The translations under genes were made by a program, and so were the position numbers. The notes beneath the pieces are model-generated. The model did not search any database. It was not told the origin of the DNA and saw nothing but the letters and a program-made list of their open reading frames with translations. From Octopus sinensis (Eukaryota): a stretch of 64,000 nt of DNA. The stretch covers positions 25,296,001 through 25,360,000 of the forward strand of contig NC_043010.1 in assembly GCF_006345805.1 (NCBI RefSeq), given 5' to 3'. Every line of letters begins with the position of its first letter. Positions within the stretch are counted from its first letter, which is position 1. Positions 1 to 11,847 of this stretch are shown one piece after another.

Positions 1-105
1 CCAAATCCACTCACAAGGCATTGGTTGGCCCATGGCTATAGTAGAAGATACTTATTGAAGATGACATGCGCTGTGCTTGTGGAACAGACTGCTTAACCAT
101 ACGGC
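1..105 (-). mobile_element. tRNA-derived SINE fragment (family also at 47703-47865, 42550-42840, 44160-44340, 59690-59825)
   Basis: Shares 'ctcacaaggcattggttggcc...gctatagtagaagatactt' with the other copies; truncated by the window edge. Confidence 0.6.
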
Positions 106-1009
106 CTTGTTTATGCTTATTTGGTGCACCCTGTTCTCCCCAGAATTGCAAGCCTTTGCAATTATTTCCTATCCTCTGATTTTTTATGAAGACATCAACC
201 TGTAAAAATTCAAACTGAACATCAACCACATCAGTCTCACCTGTATGGGAGGGCATCTGTCCAGAGGCATAGCCAGGTTCAAAAGTTAGGGTGAGTCAGC
301 ACATGAAAAAAATGTGCTTGGACACAAACCAAACAATTTTAAACCCATTTCTCTTAAATTACATGAAATATTTGTTCATTAGTTTCATGTTTCAGTAATA
401 ATGTCATTATGTATGAAACTTATGACTACTGATATAAGTGATGCATAAAAAAAGATGAAACTCCACAAGATTGTCCGATGTCAAGAGGTAATGATGTCAG
501 GTTCTTCAGATGTCAGCAGCCACCAACACGTCACAGGAGATTGAGCAGATAGTTCAAAAACTTGGGAGGCTGGTCAAATAAAGTCATGACTCCAGAAAGT
601 TCTTTCAAGGCTATGCAATTTAAAAAAAGAAGAGATCCGACTTCTATTGTGCAAGTGAACTAAAGATTTTAAAATAATTTGTTGAAAAGGCACCAATTTT
701 GAATAATGTGCCCAGGGGAAACAGTTACTCCTCCATTGCTATGCTGTTGTTTATGTCATGGGCATAAACTAATTAATTTTAATTTCCAAATATAAAAGAA
801 GAAATTCCTTCAATTGATTCAGAAACTAATTCTGATTACAGATTGTATTTAAAAGCCATCTACCACCAAGTGTATATTTTGAATGTGAAGGGATTCCAGC
901 ACAACTACTAAATTATATTATTCTATTTAAGTTAATGTTAATGTATTTAATACAGGAAATAGAAATAGTATGTGTTATAAGTTATAGATAGAATGATAAA
1001 CAGATATGC

Positions 1010-1125
1010 AGGTTGGCTGGTTGGTCGGTTGGTTGGTTGGCTGGTTGGCTGGCTGGTTGGTTGGTTGATTGGCTGATTGGTTGATTGGTTGGCTAGCTGG
1101 TTGCTTGGTTGGTTGGCTGGTTGGT
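1010..1125. repeat. (GTTG/GCTG)n microsatellite
   Basis: Direct inspection. Confidence 0.9.
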
Positions 1126-1694
1126 TAATATAAAATTAATTTTTACGAAGCTATCTAGAATTTTATAAGACTAACTAGAAATAAGTATAGGATGAAAAAT
1201 AATCAGTTTTGGTCAATGACAAATATTTTCCTTTTTCTGGAAAACTTATGAGAGATAACTGTATATATGTTTCTGTCTAATTCTGACCATTTCAGGAATG
1301 TAAAATAATTTAGAAAGTAAGTAATTCAAAGGTATTATCCACATGGAAACACAATAGTCATGCTAGTGCTAACATATTTTATGCAAGCAGCATTTTCTTT
1401 GATATTAAATAGAAATGGATGTGTAATTAGACAAACAGAGAGATAAAGAGGTAAGTTGGTGTTAACATAGTCAATAGATAAAAGAATTAAATCCAGCCCC
1501 ATGACAGCATGGAAAATAGACAGGTGGTGATGACAATGAAGAAGAAAAACAAATACTTTAGTGATGAAACAAATAAACAGACAAATGGATAGGTGAGTGT
1601 GTACTAACATATGTATGGACCATTAAAAAGCTAATTAACAATAAATATATATTGATAAAAAAATCAAGAACTAATATTTTCTTTTTATATGTAG

Positions 1695-1822
1695 TGGATA
1701 TGGTGAAAGTAAAATTGTCGGAGACCTTGAACCAAAGCAGGAGTACAAATTTAGAATTCGCTTCCACCGAAATGATGACATTTACTCAGCCTGGTCACCA
1801 GCAGTACAAGTTATTACCGATA
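1695..1822 (+). CDS. FANK1: FANK1 exon, C-terminal half of the fibronectin type III domain (GYGESKIVGDLEPKQEYKFRIRFHRNDDIYSAWSPAVQVITD); upstream exons lie outside the window
   Basis: tag|T acceptor and A|gtgagt donor. Resembles human FANK1 [21 protein letters not shown]...YSPLVSVSTT (recalled). Phase 1 joins exon 6010. The ORF track 1652..1912 is in the wrong frame. Confidence 0.9.
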
Positions 1823-2304
1823 GTGAGTCAACATTTTTGTTTTTTTATTTCTATTTTACTCCTTTTGCTTATACTTTTTTTCTGTTTATCATTTACATTT
1901 ACAAACTCTTGATTTCTTAACATCTTCAGTTTGAAAGAAGATGACACATAGATTGTGTGTGTGTGTGTGAACGCGCACATGTGTGCATGTGTTTTTAGCC
2001 ACAGGTGGTCTCCGGTTACGCAGTTCTATGATCAAATGGTAATCCAGCTATGACTGATTTTTTTTTTTTTTCTTCACTGACACTTTATGTAGAAAGTGTG
2101 ATTTGAGGGAGATGTGGCTTTTGTTTTTAGGTTTAGCAACCATGTAGAGTAATGGTTCACAACCATTTTGACTATGCAGCACACCAGAGACTCACTGAAA
2201 AAATTGCTGGCATGATTTGCATGGAAAGTTTTACAAAAAAACTATAAAAATTAAAAAAAGTTTTGTAATATGTAAAAAAACGTCTGTGGTTACCTTGTTT
2301 TATT

Positions 2305-2696
2305 GATATATGAAAGCACTCCGTCGGTTACGACGACGAGGGTTCCAGTTGATCCGAATCAACGGAACAGCCTGCTCGTGAAATTAACGTGTAAGTGGCT
2401 GAGCACTCCACAGACACGTTTACCCTTAATGTAGTTCTCGGGGATATTCAGCGTGACACAGAGAGTGACAAGGCCGGCCCCTTTGAAATACAGGTACAAG
2501 AGAAACAGGAAGTAAGAGTGAGAGAAAGTTGTGGTGAAAGAGTACAGCAGGGATCACCACCATCCCCTGCCGGAGCATCGTGGAGCTTTAGGTGTTTTCG
2601 CTCAATAAACACTCACAACGCCTGGTCTGGGAAGCAAAACCGCGATCCTATGACCGCGAGTCCGCTGCCCTAACCACTGGGCCATTGCGCCTCCAC
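2305..2696 (-). mobile_element. Young tRNA-derived SINE with target-site duplication
   Basis: Minus-strand head GTGGAGGCGCAATGGCCCAGTGGTTAGGGC (A box) and a B-box-like GGTTTTGCTTCCC; CpG-rich; TSD ccttgttttatt at 2293-2304 and 2696-2707. Confidence 0.85.
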
Positions 2697-2769
2697 CTTG
2701 TTTTATTAACCTTACTTACATATAACTACAATAACAATTTCAATACACAATAGCATAGTTACAAGTTAT

Positions 2770-2982
2770 TTGTACCTGCCTGAGACCATCCCTGGTTCTA
2801 TGATATAAACTACCTGTTCTAAAGGATCTGGATTAAATTTCTCTCCAAATTTCATGTTAATGTACATTCCAAACACCAGCTTAATAATGACAATGTTATT
2901 TTATTAAATTCTTCATTACTTTCAAAATTAACTTAAACAAAGGCAGTGTATTTCAATATAAATATGGTAACAAAGGGGTTAA
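2770..2982. mobile_element. piggyBac-type MITE (TTAA end), related to 41511-41724 and to the 3' end of 8913-9880
   Basis: Ends ...caaaggggTTAA; shares 'taataatgaca..gttattttattaaattcttcatta' with 41511-41724. Confidence 0.6.
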
Positions 2983-3348
2983 ACATTACTATAGATTTGT
3001 TAAGCTATATTAATCAATAACATTATTAATGGCATTTGTTCCTCAGAAGCGTCATCTGCCAGGAGTAATCAGAAATCACCAACAAATGGTAGATGCAGCA
3101 ACACACTATTACAGCACATACCCCCATATATATATATTTAATTAGAGGTTAAAATAGCCCCATAAAGGGATAATAATATCCAATGAATTACTGGTTCATT
3201 GCTTAGTGTTTTTTTGTGAAAAGTAATATTCATAGAATAATAGGTCTAAATATATATCTTGGTTTATAAACATTCAAGAGAAAATTTAGAAAATGGAGAT
3301 GTAGCATTAATATAATTTATTAACTGCAAAAATCCAACATTCCAACAT

Positions 3349-3355
3349 ATGTATG

Positions 3356-3387
<32 letters not shown>

Positions 3388-3435
3388 TGTATGTATGTAT
3401 ACACACATGCATACATGCATACATACATACATACA
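3349..3435. repeat. (TATG)n/(CATA)n microsatellite
   Basis: Direct inspection. Confidence 0.9.
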
Positions 3436-3519
3436 TTAATATGCTTGATGATATGCCATTAATGTTGAAACCCTAAAAATACTAACAAGCACACATAATT
3501 TCCACATAGACTGCCTCTA

Positions 3520-4580
3520 CTTAAAATGAAAACAAAGTGGCAGTGGCGTAACATTGATCCAAAATGCCTTTGAATATCGTATCATATCCTCTCGGCACCA
3601 TCTTTTAACCACCAAATGTTGAAGTCCATCCCTTGACCAAATTTGCATACATGAGGCTGATAACATCATAAGACTTGGAAGGCAGCTCCTTGAACAACAT
3701 GCTTTGTCTGATAACCTAGAATACATGCCCAAAGAAGTTGCACAACTCTACTGCATTGTATCATCAGATGAAAGGATGAGCCTATATGAGAAGAAACTAT
3801 GCATAAATATGATAGTAGAAAGCTCTGAGATGATAGTAACATCAATCATCAAAGCAGTTTATCATGGACCAATAGCCAGATTACTACCTCCCACTTTGAA
3901 GGGTATGCAATTGCAATCCAGGAACTGGAAATATCAACCAAGTACCTGATGCACAAAAGGGACAGAAATGCAGGAAAATGAGTAAAATGTGACAACTGAA
4001 GCAGACTTTGTGGAATTCACACTGAAGATATCACCCACATCATAAACAGTTGTCCGTAAATGTCATCATGGTGTTATCTACCGATGAGACATGATGTAGC
4101 TAGGACACTCTATAATGAAATCTGTCAGAAGGATAATCCTGAAGACAAAGAAATAAGAATCCACAATATGGTAGCAGCCATAGCCTCTCATAATAAAAAG
4201 GAATACTGGTAGAATGTCTCAGTGAAGACCTCAATAAAATGTAAGCACAACAGACCTGATTATAATGATTTGGGATAGAGAAGAGAAACTGTGCACAGTT
4301 GTGGAAATTAGCTGCCCAGCAGATGTTAACATACAGTGATAAAGAGAACACCTCCATTGAACTATTGAGAAATCTGCAGTTACTCTATCCAGATTACAAG
4401 CTCAGGTTTATACCTGTAATTATTGGGGCCCTGGGATATGTGACACAATGTCTAAGTACCAATCTTGAGAAATTAGGCTTCTCAAAACCAGAAAAGAGAA
4501 AACTAGTTTGAAGACTACAGATCCAATCCATCACTGGAACTGTAGAAATCTGTAAAACTTTCCAGAGGTTTATCATTTAA
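3520..4580 (+). mobile_element. Decayed 3' part of an R4/Dong-type (RLE) non-LTR retrotransposon
   Basis: Frame-broken peptides EGYAIAIQELEISTKYLMHKR, RHDVARTLYNEI, HNRPD..IWDREEKLCTVVEISCP (PD-(D/E)xK restriction-like endonuclease) and IPVIIGALG. Confidence 0.75.
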
Positions 4581-4584
4581 ATAT

Positions 4585-4750
4585 ATATATATAAGCATCT
4601 CTAGATATGCAACTATATGCATATATATATATATGCATATATAACATACATAAAACAAAACATACAAATCTGTACATATACATGCATGCATACATACATA
4701 CATAATACATGCATGCATGCATGCATACATACATACATACATACATACAT

Positions 4751-4806
<56 letters not shown>

Positions 4807-4817
4807 TACATACATAC
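4585..4817. repeat. Compound (TA)/(CATG)/(CATA)/(CA) microsatellite
   Basis: Direct inspection; accounts for the YVCM-type ORFs at 4515-4956. Confidence 0.95.
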
Positions 4818-5619
4818 GAAGCAAAAATACCCTGTTGTTGATGTTGAAATTCCAATGAAGGAGCCTTGAATCTAGGTTAGAAACCAGCTCTTTCTCTATT
4901 GGCAAGAAATATTGGAATAAACCTGAACAATGACATACATACATATGTGTCTTCAAAATTATCTTGTTTATATGTATGTGTTTTACTACAATGGATATCT
5001 AAACATTTATTGACATCTCCATCACATGTACAGTCATCTTACTTATCATCATCATCATTCTTCATTATCCTCTTCTCCCTCCTCCTCCTCACCATCATCA
5101 ATATCATTGTGATATGTGATTGTGTATGATCTTTATATATCATATATGTCTATCTTAGGTCATCTAGATCAGGGCTGAAATGGAGCTAAACAACAGCAAT
5201 ATATTGCTGTTCAAGACAACAGTACTCCTATTGCTAGACTATTAGTTGAAGTGAGTCGATCAGCATATCATTTCTCACTGCCAACTTTGTACTATTTCTT
5301 TTCCATATTTTACATTAACATAGCTCTTCTTCAGCCTGTATGTCTGTGAGGAAAGGAGGTACAGGTGGGGACACTGTGCACTTGCTTGACTTGCTAGAAA
5401 TAGCAGCCTAATCTCCTTCAGATAAGAAGTCCACACTAAATAATGTTGTCCTAGATATTCCTAAAAAAAATGGGATGGTCAGGTTAGAATGCCTTTCATC
5501 AATCAGTGTTGATGTGATGTTACAGCAACACACCTCTTCTTTTTATACCAGTTTTCTCTTTTTTTAATAAATGAATTCTTTCCAGTGCAAGAATCCAAAA
5601 CTAATCTCGCCTGTCTGCT

Positions 5620-5985
5620 TATTAAGCTCATTTCCAGTGCCAGTGCTACCTGACTGGTCCTGTGCTAGTGGCACATAAAAAGCACCATTCAGCATGGTCA
5701 TTCCCAGTGCTACGTGACTGGCTCCTGTGTCGGTGGCGTGTAAAAAGCACCATTTGAGCGTGGTTGATGCCAATACCACCTAACTGGCCCTCATGCCAGT
5801 GGTACATAAAAAGCACCTACTACACTCTTGGAGTGGTTGGCGTTGGGAAGGACATCCAGCTGTAGAAACTCTGCCAGATCAGATTGGAGCCTGGTGCAGC
5901 CTCCTGGCTGCCAGCTCTCAATCAAACCGTCCAACCCATGCCAGCATGGAAAGCGGATGTTAAACAATGATGATGATGATGATGA
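5620..5985 (+). mobile_element. RTE-LINE 3' UTR-derived repeat ending in a (GAT)n tail; other copies ~17165-17450(-), 21580-21720, 26715-26920, 30115-30770(-), 39870-40180, 50265-50545
   Basis: Shares 'ctacactc..ggagtggttggcgttaggaagggcatccagctgtagaaac...ccaacccatgccagcatggaaa.cggacgttaaacgatgatgat' with the UTR that directly follows the RTE ORF end at 48116. Confidence 0.8.
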
Positions 5986-6009
5986 TCACTTTCTCTTTCT
6001 TTTATTCAG

Positions 6010-6091
6010 AAGAACCATACTATGGAGAGAACTTGCATAAAGCTGTGCGAAACCAATCTATGGGTGAAATTAAAACTGTTCTAAGCTCTGG
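6010..6091 (+). CDS. FANK1: FANK1 exon (K-EPYYGENLHKAVRNQSMGEIKTVLSSG)
   Basis: ttcag| acceptor and |gtaaag donor, phases 1/2 consistent. Resembles human [27 protein letters not shown]. Confidence 0.88.
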
Positions 6092-6783
6092 GTAAAGCAT
6101 AATGTTTATTCATTTAATTTTTTTTGTTTTCTTTTTTACCTTCTTTATTTGTATCTCTACTCATATTTACTGTCTTACCATTTTCATTGATATTGTCATC
6201 ATCATTGTCATCGTCATCAGCCATCATTATAAACACCATCACCATCATCAGCATCAACAACAGCAGCATTATTATCAATATAATTATCATCGTTACCATC
6301 ATCATAAAGCCAAGAATGATATATTTAGTCATTCAAATTGCTCAATATTGCTAAAAAAGAAAAAAAAAAACAAATTTCTTTCAACCAACATCCTACCTAT
6401 TGTCTTTTAGGGAGTACATTTTGTTTTTTGAGTCCCTAAATCTTATACCACTCCCTATAACATTGACAAAATGCTTTAATCTAGAATCCATGAGGGATTT
6501 CTTGCTTTTCCTCTTAATGCTACGAACCTGGAGTTAAACATCAGACCTTACAAATAATCCTTATTAGGATTCTTAAGGGTTGGTGATAGGGATGATCACA
6601 AGGTTTCTTATGAAGACAATAATTATGTTGAGATTTATGATTTATAAGGATACTAATGTTAAATAATGACTATAACGATGATTATTATGTTGATAGCAAT
6701 GATGGTATTGGTGTTGTTATTGTTGTTGGTGATAGGAAAGGAGAAAGGATATTGATAACTTGGTTTTTCATACTGTGTTACAG

Positions 6784-6858
6784 AAATATCGTAGCTGATG
6801 TGCGAGATGGTCATGGTTTAAGTGCATTAATGACTACAGCAAAGCTGGGCCAAACAGA
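6784..6858 (+). CDS. FANK1: FANK1 exon, ankyrin repeat (NIVADVRDGHGLSALMTTAKLGQT)
   Basis: tacag| and |gtaagt, phase 2/2. Resembles human [21 protein letters not shown]. Confidence 0.9.
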
Positions 6859-7269
6859 GTAAGTATCCATTGTGTATATACAGTTTCAAGTGCCTAGTGC
6901 TGAAATGAAACAGCAGAATAAGATAACTACTTGCTCATATGCTTTTGTGTTCAAATCTACTTTAGATATTTTGTTGTATGTTTGGACAATTCTAGTCTCC
7001 CTCAGTTTACCTAGATACCAGAAATAAAAGTCAGATCATGTACAAATGCTACTGTTACATAAGATAAACTGACATATATCCTGAGGTGGACATCAACATG
7101 CGGTTGTGAAATCAAATATTCTTTTATATGTTCCAGCCCAAAGGCTGTGACCATGTTGGAGCAAGATTTCTTGGTAACACACAACACACTAAATGAGCTT
7201 ATCTGATTATTGTGTTTTCACAGCATGAAGTTAATAGTAGCTTCAATTTAAATATTGTGTGTGTGTATA

Positions 7270-8898
7270 CAGTTGCGGCTAAAATGTTCAGAACAGCATT
7301 GTTTTCATCAGAAAAGTAAGTATAAGTTTTTATCAAAGTAGTTTTATATTCTATAATTTTCACAGAGGATAAATACAATATTAATTGTTATTGTCTGAGA
7401 TTTTGGTGTAATTTGAGAGGATAATATAAAAGTTATGAATGATTTAGTGATTTACTGCAAAACCCATGGCGGCCAAAATGATCAGAACGATTGAAGAAAT
7501 AACAAAATAATCAAAAATGACAGAGAATACTGGAATTATTTAATATTTAGTGTGAAGCCCTTTAGCTTCAATCACACACTGACATCTTCGACTGCATGAG
7601 GAAATTAAATTTTCAATTTCTTGTTGGGTGATCTTATTCCATTCTTCCTGAAGGGCATTCCATAATTGCTCAGCTGTGTTAGGATTTCTGGCTTTCGAAC
7701 GTTCTCCTAGAATATTCCATACATTTTCAATAGGATTGAGATCTGGGCTTTGAGCAGGCCAATCCATAACAATAACCTTTTCAGGCTTGAGGAAGTTCAT
7801 GACCACCTTAGCCTTGTGACATGGGGCATTGTCCTGCATGAATATGGGTGGTCGCTTAGTTGAATTTCTCAGCACAGGCAAGACATGATCTTTTATAAGT
7901 TGTTTATAAACTCTTGCATTTACCTTTCCATCTAATCGCACCAAAGGGCCCACACCATCTACAGATATCATCCCCCAAACCATGACACTTCCTCCACTGA
8001 ATTTAACACTAGTCTTAAGGCATTTAGGCGACAATTTTTCACCTACTTTTGTACAAACGTACCTTTTCCCATCTGAGCCAAATAACATAAACTTAGATTC
8101 ATCACTGAAATGCACCGTTTGCCATTTTTCTTGAGACCACAACACATGTTCGGTTGCAAAGGTAAGACGACACTTTTTATTCTTGGAGCTGATCAGTGAC
8201 TTCACTGCAGGTGCTCTTGCTTGTAGGTCATGTTCAACTAAACGACAAGACACAGTTTTTCGAGATAAAGTTTTCTTCAATACAATGCTCATTTTCTGAG
8301 AAGCAGCAGCAGCAGTTTTAAATCTGTCCTTTTTAACCAACTTTACCATAGCATGATCTTCTCTCTTGGTCGTTTTTCTTGGCCTACCTGTAAACTTTCT
8401 TGCTTCACACGAACCACAACCATCGTAGACCTTAAGAATACCGTGTACAACACTTTTTGACTTGTTAACAATCTTTGCAATAGATCCAATACTTAAATTA
8501 TCCTTCCTTCAAAGTTTAATAATCTGCTGACGAATTGGTAACGGAGTAAGTGGCATTATATTAACAAAGTACACTGCAAATATTCTTACTAATGTTTAGT
8601 AAACGAACCGTCACATAAACAAATTCAAAACATTAGAGTTCACCGGTTAAATATACTAAAACACGGAGTAAAAGCAACCGTTCTGATCATTTTGGCCGCC
8701 ATGGGTTTTGCAGTAAATCACTAAATTATTCATAACTTTTGTATTATCCTCTCAAATTACACCAAAATCTCAGGCAATAACAAATAATATCGTATTTATT
8801 GTCTGTGAAAATTATAGAATATAAAACAACTTTGATAAAAAATCATATCTACTTTTCTGACAAAAACAATGCCGTTCTGAACATTTTGGCTGCCACTG
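7270..8898 (-). mobile_element. Full-length Tc1 (DD34E) transposon with ~220-bp IR/DR-type TIRs and TA TSD
   Basis: TIRs 7270-7489 and 8679-8898 start with CAGT and are flanked by TA. Each carries outer (ggctaaaatgttcagaac) and inner (ggccaaaatgatcagaac) direct repeats. Confidence 0.93.
7540..8556 (-). pseudogene. Tc1 transposase, 338 codons plus stop, with one premature TGA at codon 16 (8511-8509)
   Basis: ATG at 8556 is in frame with the ORF-track 8349 start. GRPRK motif; FSDESKF / QDNAPCH / SPDLNPIE with 34 residues between the second D and E. Confidence 0.9.
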
Positions 8899-8912
8899 TA
8901 TATATATATATA

Positions 8913-9880
8913 TCAGAGCAAATCTCTTTAGTACATTCGTGAAAACACGTATTATACTTCGTAAACAGTTCAACTACAGTTTTGTACAACAATTGAAGTG
9001 TAATTTTAATTCCGTGAATTTTGGGAGATCTTTTTTCCGAAATTTGTTCCTATTGTGTTTTCAAAATTTGTAATTCTGACAAAAAATGGATACGAATTTC
9101 ATTATATCAAGCAGCGAGTCAGAATTCGAAGGATTTTCTACTGAAGACCTTCATAAATCTAACTCTATGACTGAAAAAAAAAAGCACGTGGTATTTGATA
9201 ATGAATCTGATGTTTCATTTTCCGAAAGTGAAAACAGTTAATCCGAGAGCTCCAACAGTGATAAAGAAAATGAATTGGCACCTGAATGGAGTGAAAATTT
9301 AAAAACTGTTTCTTTCAGTGATTTTTCTGAAGAAACTGGACCAAGCCACAGACTTTCCCAGGAGAGTAAAGCCTTAGACTATTTCTTTTTACCTTTTCGA
9401 ATGAAATCATTACGGCGGAAACGAACCGTTACGCTAAATGTAAACAAAGCGAAAGAAAGGATAGTTAGTGGTTTCCCACAACCTTAAATGAAATTAAGAC
9501 TTTTGCCATAAATATTATTATGGGTATCAGAAAGTTACCCAGAATAACAAATTCTATCGTAAAATTTTGTTGTATACCCAATTGAATATTAGCTAATAAC
9601 CCATTTTCTATAGCGATGTTTGAACAAAATTTTAATAATTTAATATTTTGTTGAATTTACCTGTATCTACCTGCAATTAGAGTCACTTTGTGACAAAAAT
9701 TATAGTATAGAATTGGTTGAGAATATTTCATTAAATTATCTTCCAAAAATCAGATTAATATATTGATAAATAAAAAAGTTATAGTTGTTTAATGAAACCA
9801 GACTAAATTTATGATTATGTTAGAAATTAATTGAAACACATAAGGGGTGTATTTTGGTCAGAAATATAGTAACGAAAGGG
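8913..9880 (+). mobile_element. Internally deleted piggyBac-like element
   Basis: Acidic/Ser-rich N-terminus, then frame-broken ETNRYAK...WFPTTLNEIKTF...IMGIRKLP; ends ...gaaagggTTAA (9881-9884). Confidence 0.7.
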
Positions 9881-10723
9881 TTAAGATGGTAATGTATAGT
9901 TTGAGGAAGATTTGGTTGCTGTTATTAACATGTAAAGCAATTTTCTAGAGGCTCTCTTCGCTCATTTGTAATACAGCTTTAGTTATGTGAAAATGAATTC
10001 TTTACAAAGAGACATCCATCTATATTTCCTGGTAAAAATGGTGCGTGAATGGCTTGAGGTTTCTCTTGACAAAAATGAATTTGTTAGCTACTCTACTTTT
10101 GTAACGAAACTGTTAAATTGAATTAAAGATTAGTCCTCATATTTGGTTAATTAATTATATTTATTATAGTCTAGCCAGAAATAAGATTCCTGCACATTTA
10201 CTCTTTTTACAAGAAATAATTCAGTAAAAATAGATCTGTCTATTTAGCTGTCACATTCTTAGGAAAATTAAAATGCTGTTTTATGGAGAACTCATCTGAT
10301 TTAAGTTTGGTCACTGTGTGTATGTGTATGTGACCTTTTCAATATCATTAAAATATACTTTGAGATTGATTAGGTTCAAAAGATATAAAGAAAAATAAAA
10401 GCAAATTTATTTGTAATTATTCAATTAAATTACACAGCAGTCATCATCCATTAGCATTACAAATGCTCCCTACCACCATCATCTATTACCAATCATCAGT
10501 ACCTCCACTGCTGCCTCCATCTTAACCCACCAACCACCACTACCATCATTATCATCACCACAGCTGCTTATTAATGAAGCAGTGAAACAGCAGAATGTTA
10601 TTAATTAAACTTGTTTGACATAATAAAACCAATCAAATCACTGAATCTAACCTGGTCTTTAACACTCTATCTCTCTGATATATATATATATATATACTTT
10701 ATTTTAAGCAGCAGAAAATTCAA

Positions 10724-10773
10724 CAAAATCTGTTACTCTGAGTTTCTCGTTGCCGTTCATCAGACAGTTTTTG
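10724..10773 (-). ncRNA. Type I minimal hammerhead ribozyme
   Basis: Minus strand CAAAAACUGU-CUGAUGA-ACG GCAA CGA-GAAA-CUC A GAG-UA-ACAGAUUUUG: full CUGAUGA/GAAA core, GUA cleavage triplet, stem I 9 bp plus one A.A mismatch. Confidence 0.8.
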
Positions 10774-11847
10774 CTAGAATGGGACCGATATATCAATTCA
10801 ATCTATACTCTTACAAACGCTACACCTTTAAAAAGAAATGGACTTGTTTGATTGGCCCTTTAGAAAAAACGGTCAATCTTCGAGCGATAAACAAAAAGGT
10901 CAAAAATATATGTATATATATATAAAAAAACTTATAAAAATTATAAAATCCGAGGAAAAAACCTTACATTGAATAAAATACATATTGACGTTAATGAAGA
11001 AAGTGCAAATTAATGCATAGAAATTAAACCTGTTATAAATATTACACTGCAATACATATTTATATTAAAATCTACATATATATATCAACATACACAAAAG
11101 GATGCGCGCAAACGCCATACATATACAGACGTATGAATATAAATCTAAATATACACATAAAATGCATGTGTACATATATTCACGCAAACCATCTCGCACG
11201 CAAGCTAAAAATCATCTATGTAGCGATTCTCATATACTGAGTAATGGGGGGGAACGAAAGAAAGGGAGAGAGAGAAAAAGGAACGAAGGAGGGGTGGGGA
11301 AAAAAACGAAATAAGAAAAAATTATGTATACAAGCAGTGTAACGGCATTATTGGCATATATGGAGACAAGTATACATACACAAGTTCGAATGGATACATA
11401 TACATACAGTCGTGTATATGTGTGCTTAAGCACAAACATACTTTCACTTACACATACACAGATACGCATGCTTACAAATACATATGCTTTGCTATACACA
11501 TACTTATATCAACATTCTAATTTTGACAACATTGCTTTTTTTAAAAAAACATTGCTTTTTTTTAAAAAAATGGGTGCATTAATAAAAATATATACGAAAG
11601 ACATATAAAATAAAATATAACATCCTATTTTGGGCCATTTATAAATAATCAAGGTAATATAAATAATCAAGGTAATCCTATACAATACAATAACATGAAA
11701 ACAAAGTTGGAGGTTTTTCCTAATATATATATAGAAACATAAGACTTTGCTATACGGATTAAGATCCGCATAGCTTGGAAACAAAATCCATTGTAGGGCT
11801 CATCGTTCAAGAGTCAAAATCAAAATCAAAAATACAAAATATATACT

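Noticed and set aside
11-300. Upstream FANK1 FN3 exon or ORF 11..256
   Set aside because: No frame resembles the FANK1 N-terminus; the apparent donor at ~291 lies in a MITE-like start.
2630-2696. tRNA gene (also 28872-28930, 47705-47770)
   Set aside because: A/B boxes are followed by SINE bodies; no complete cloverleaf.
4515-4956. YVCM/HTHT-rich ORFs
   Set aside because: Microsatellite translations.
6102-6410. His/Gln/Ile-rich ORFs on both strands
   Set aside because: Degenerate (CAT/CAC)n simple repeat in a FANK1 intron.
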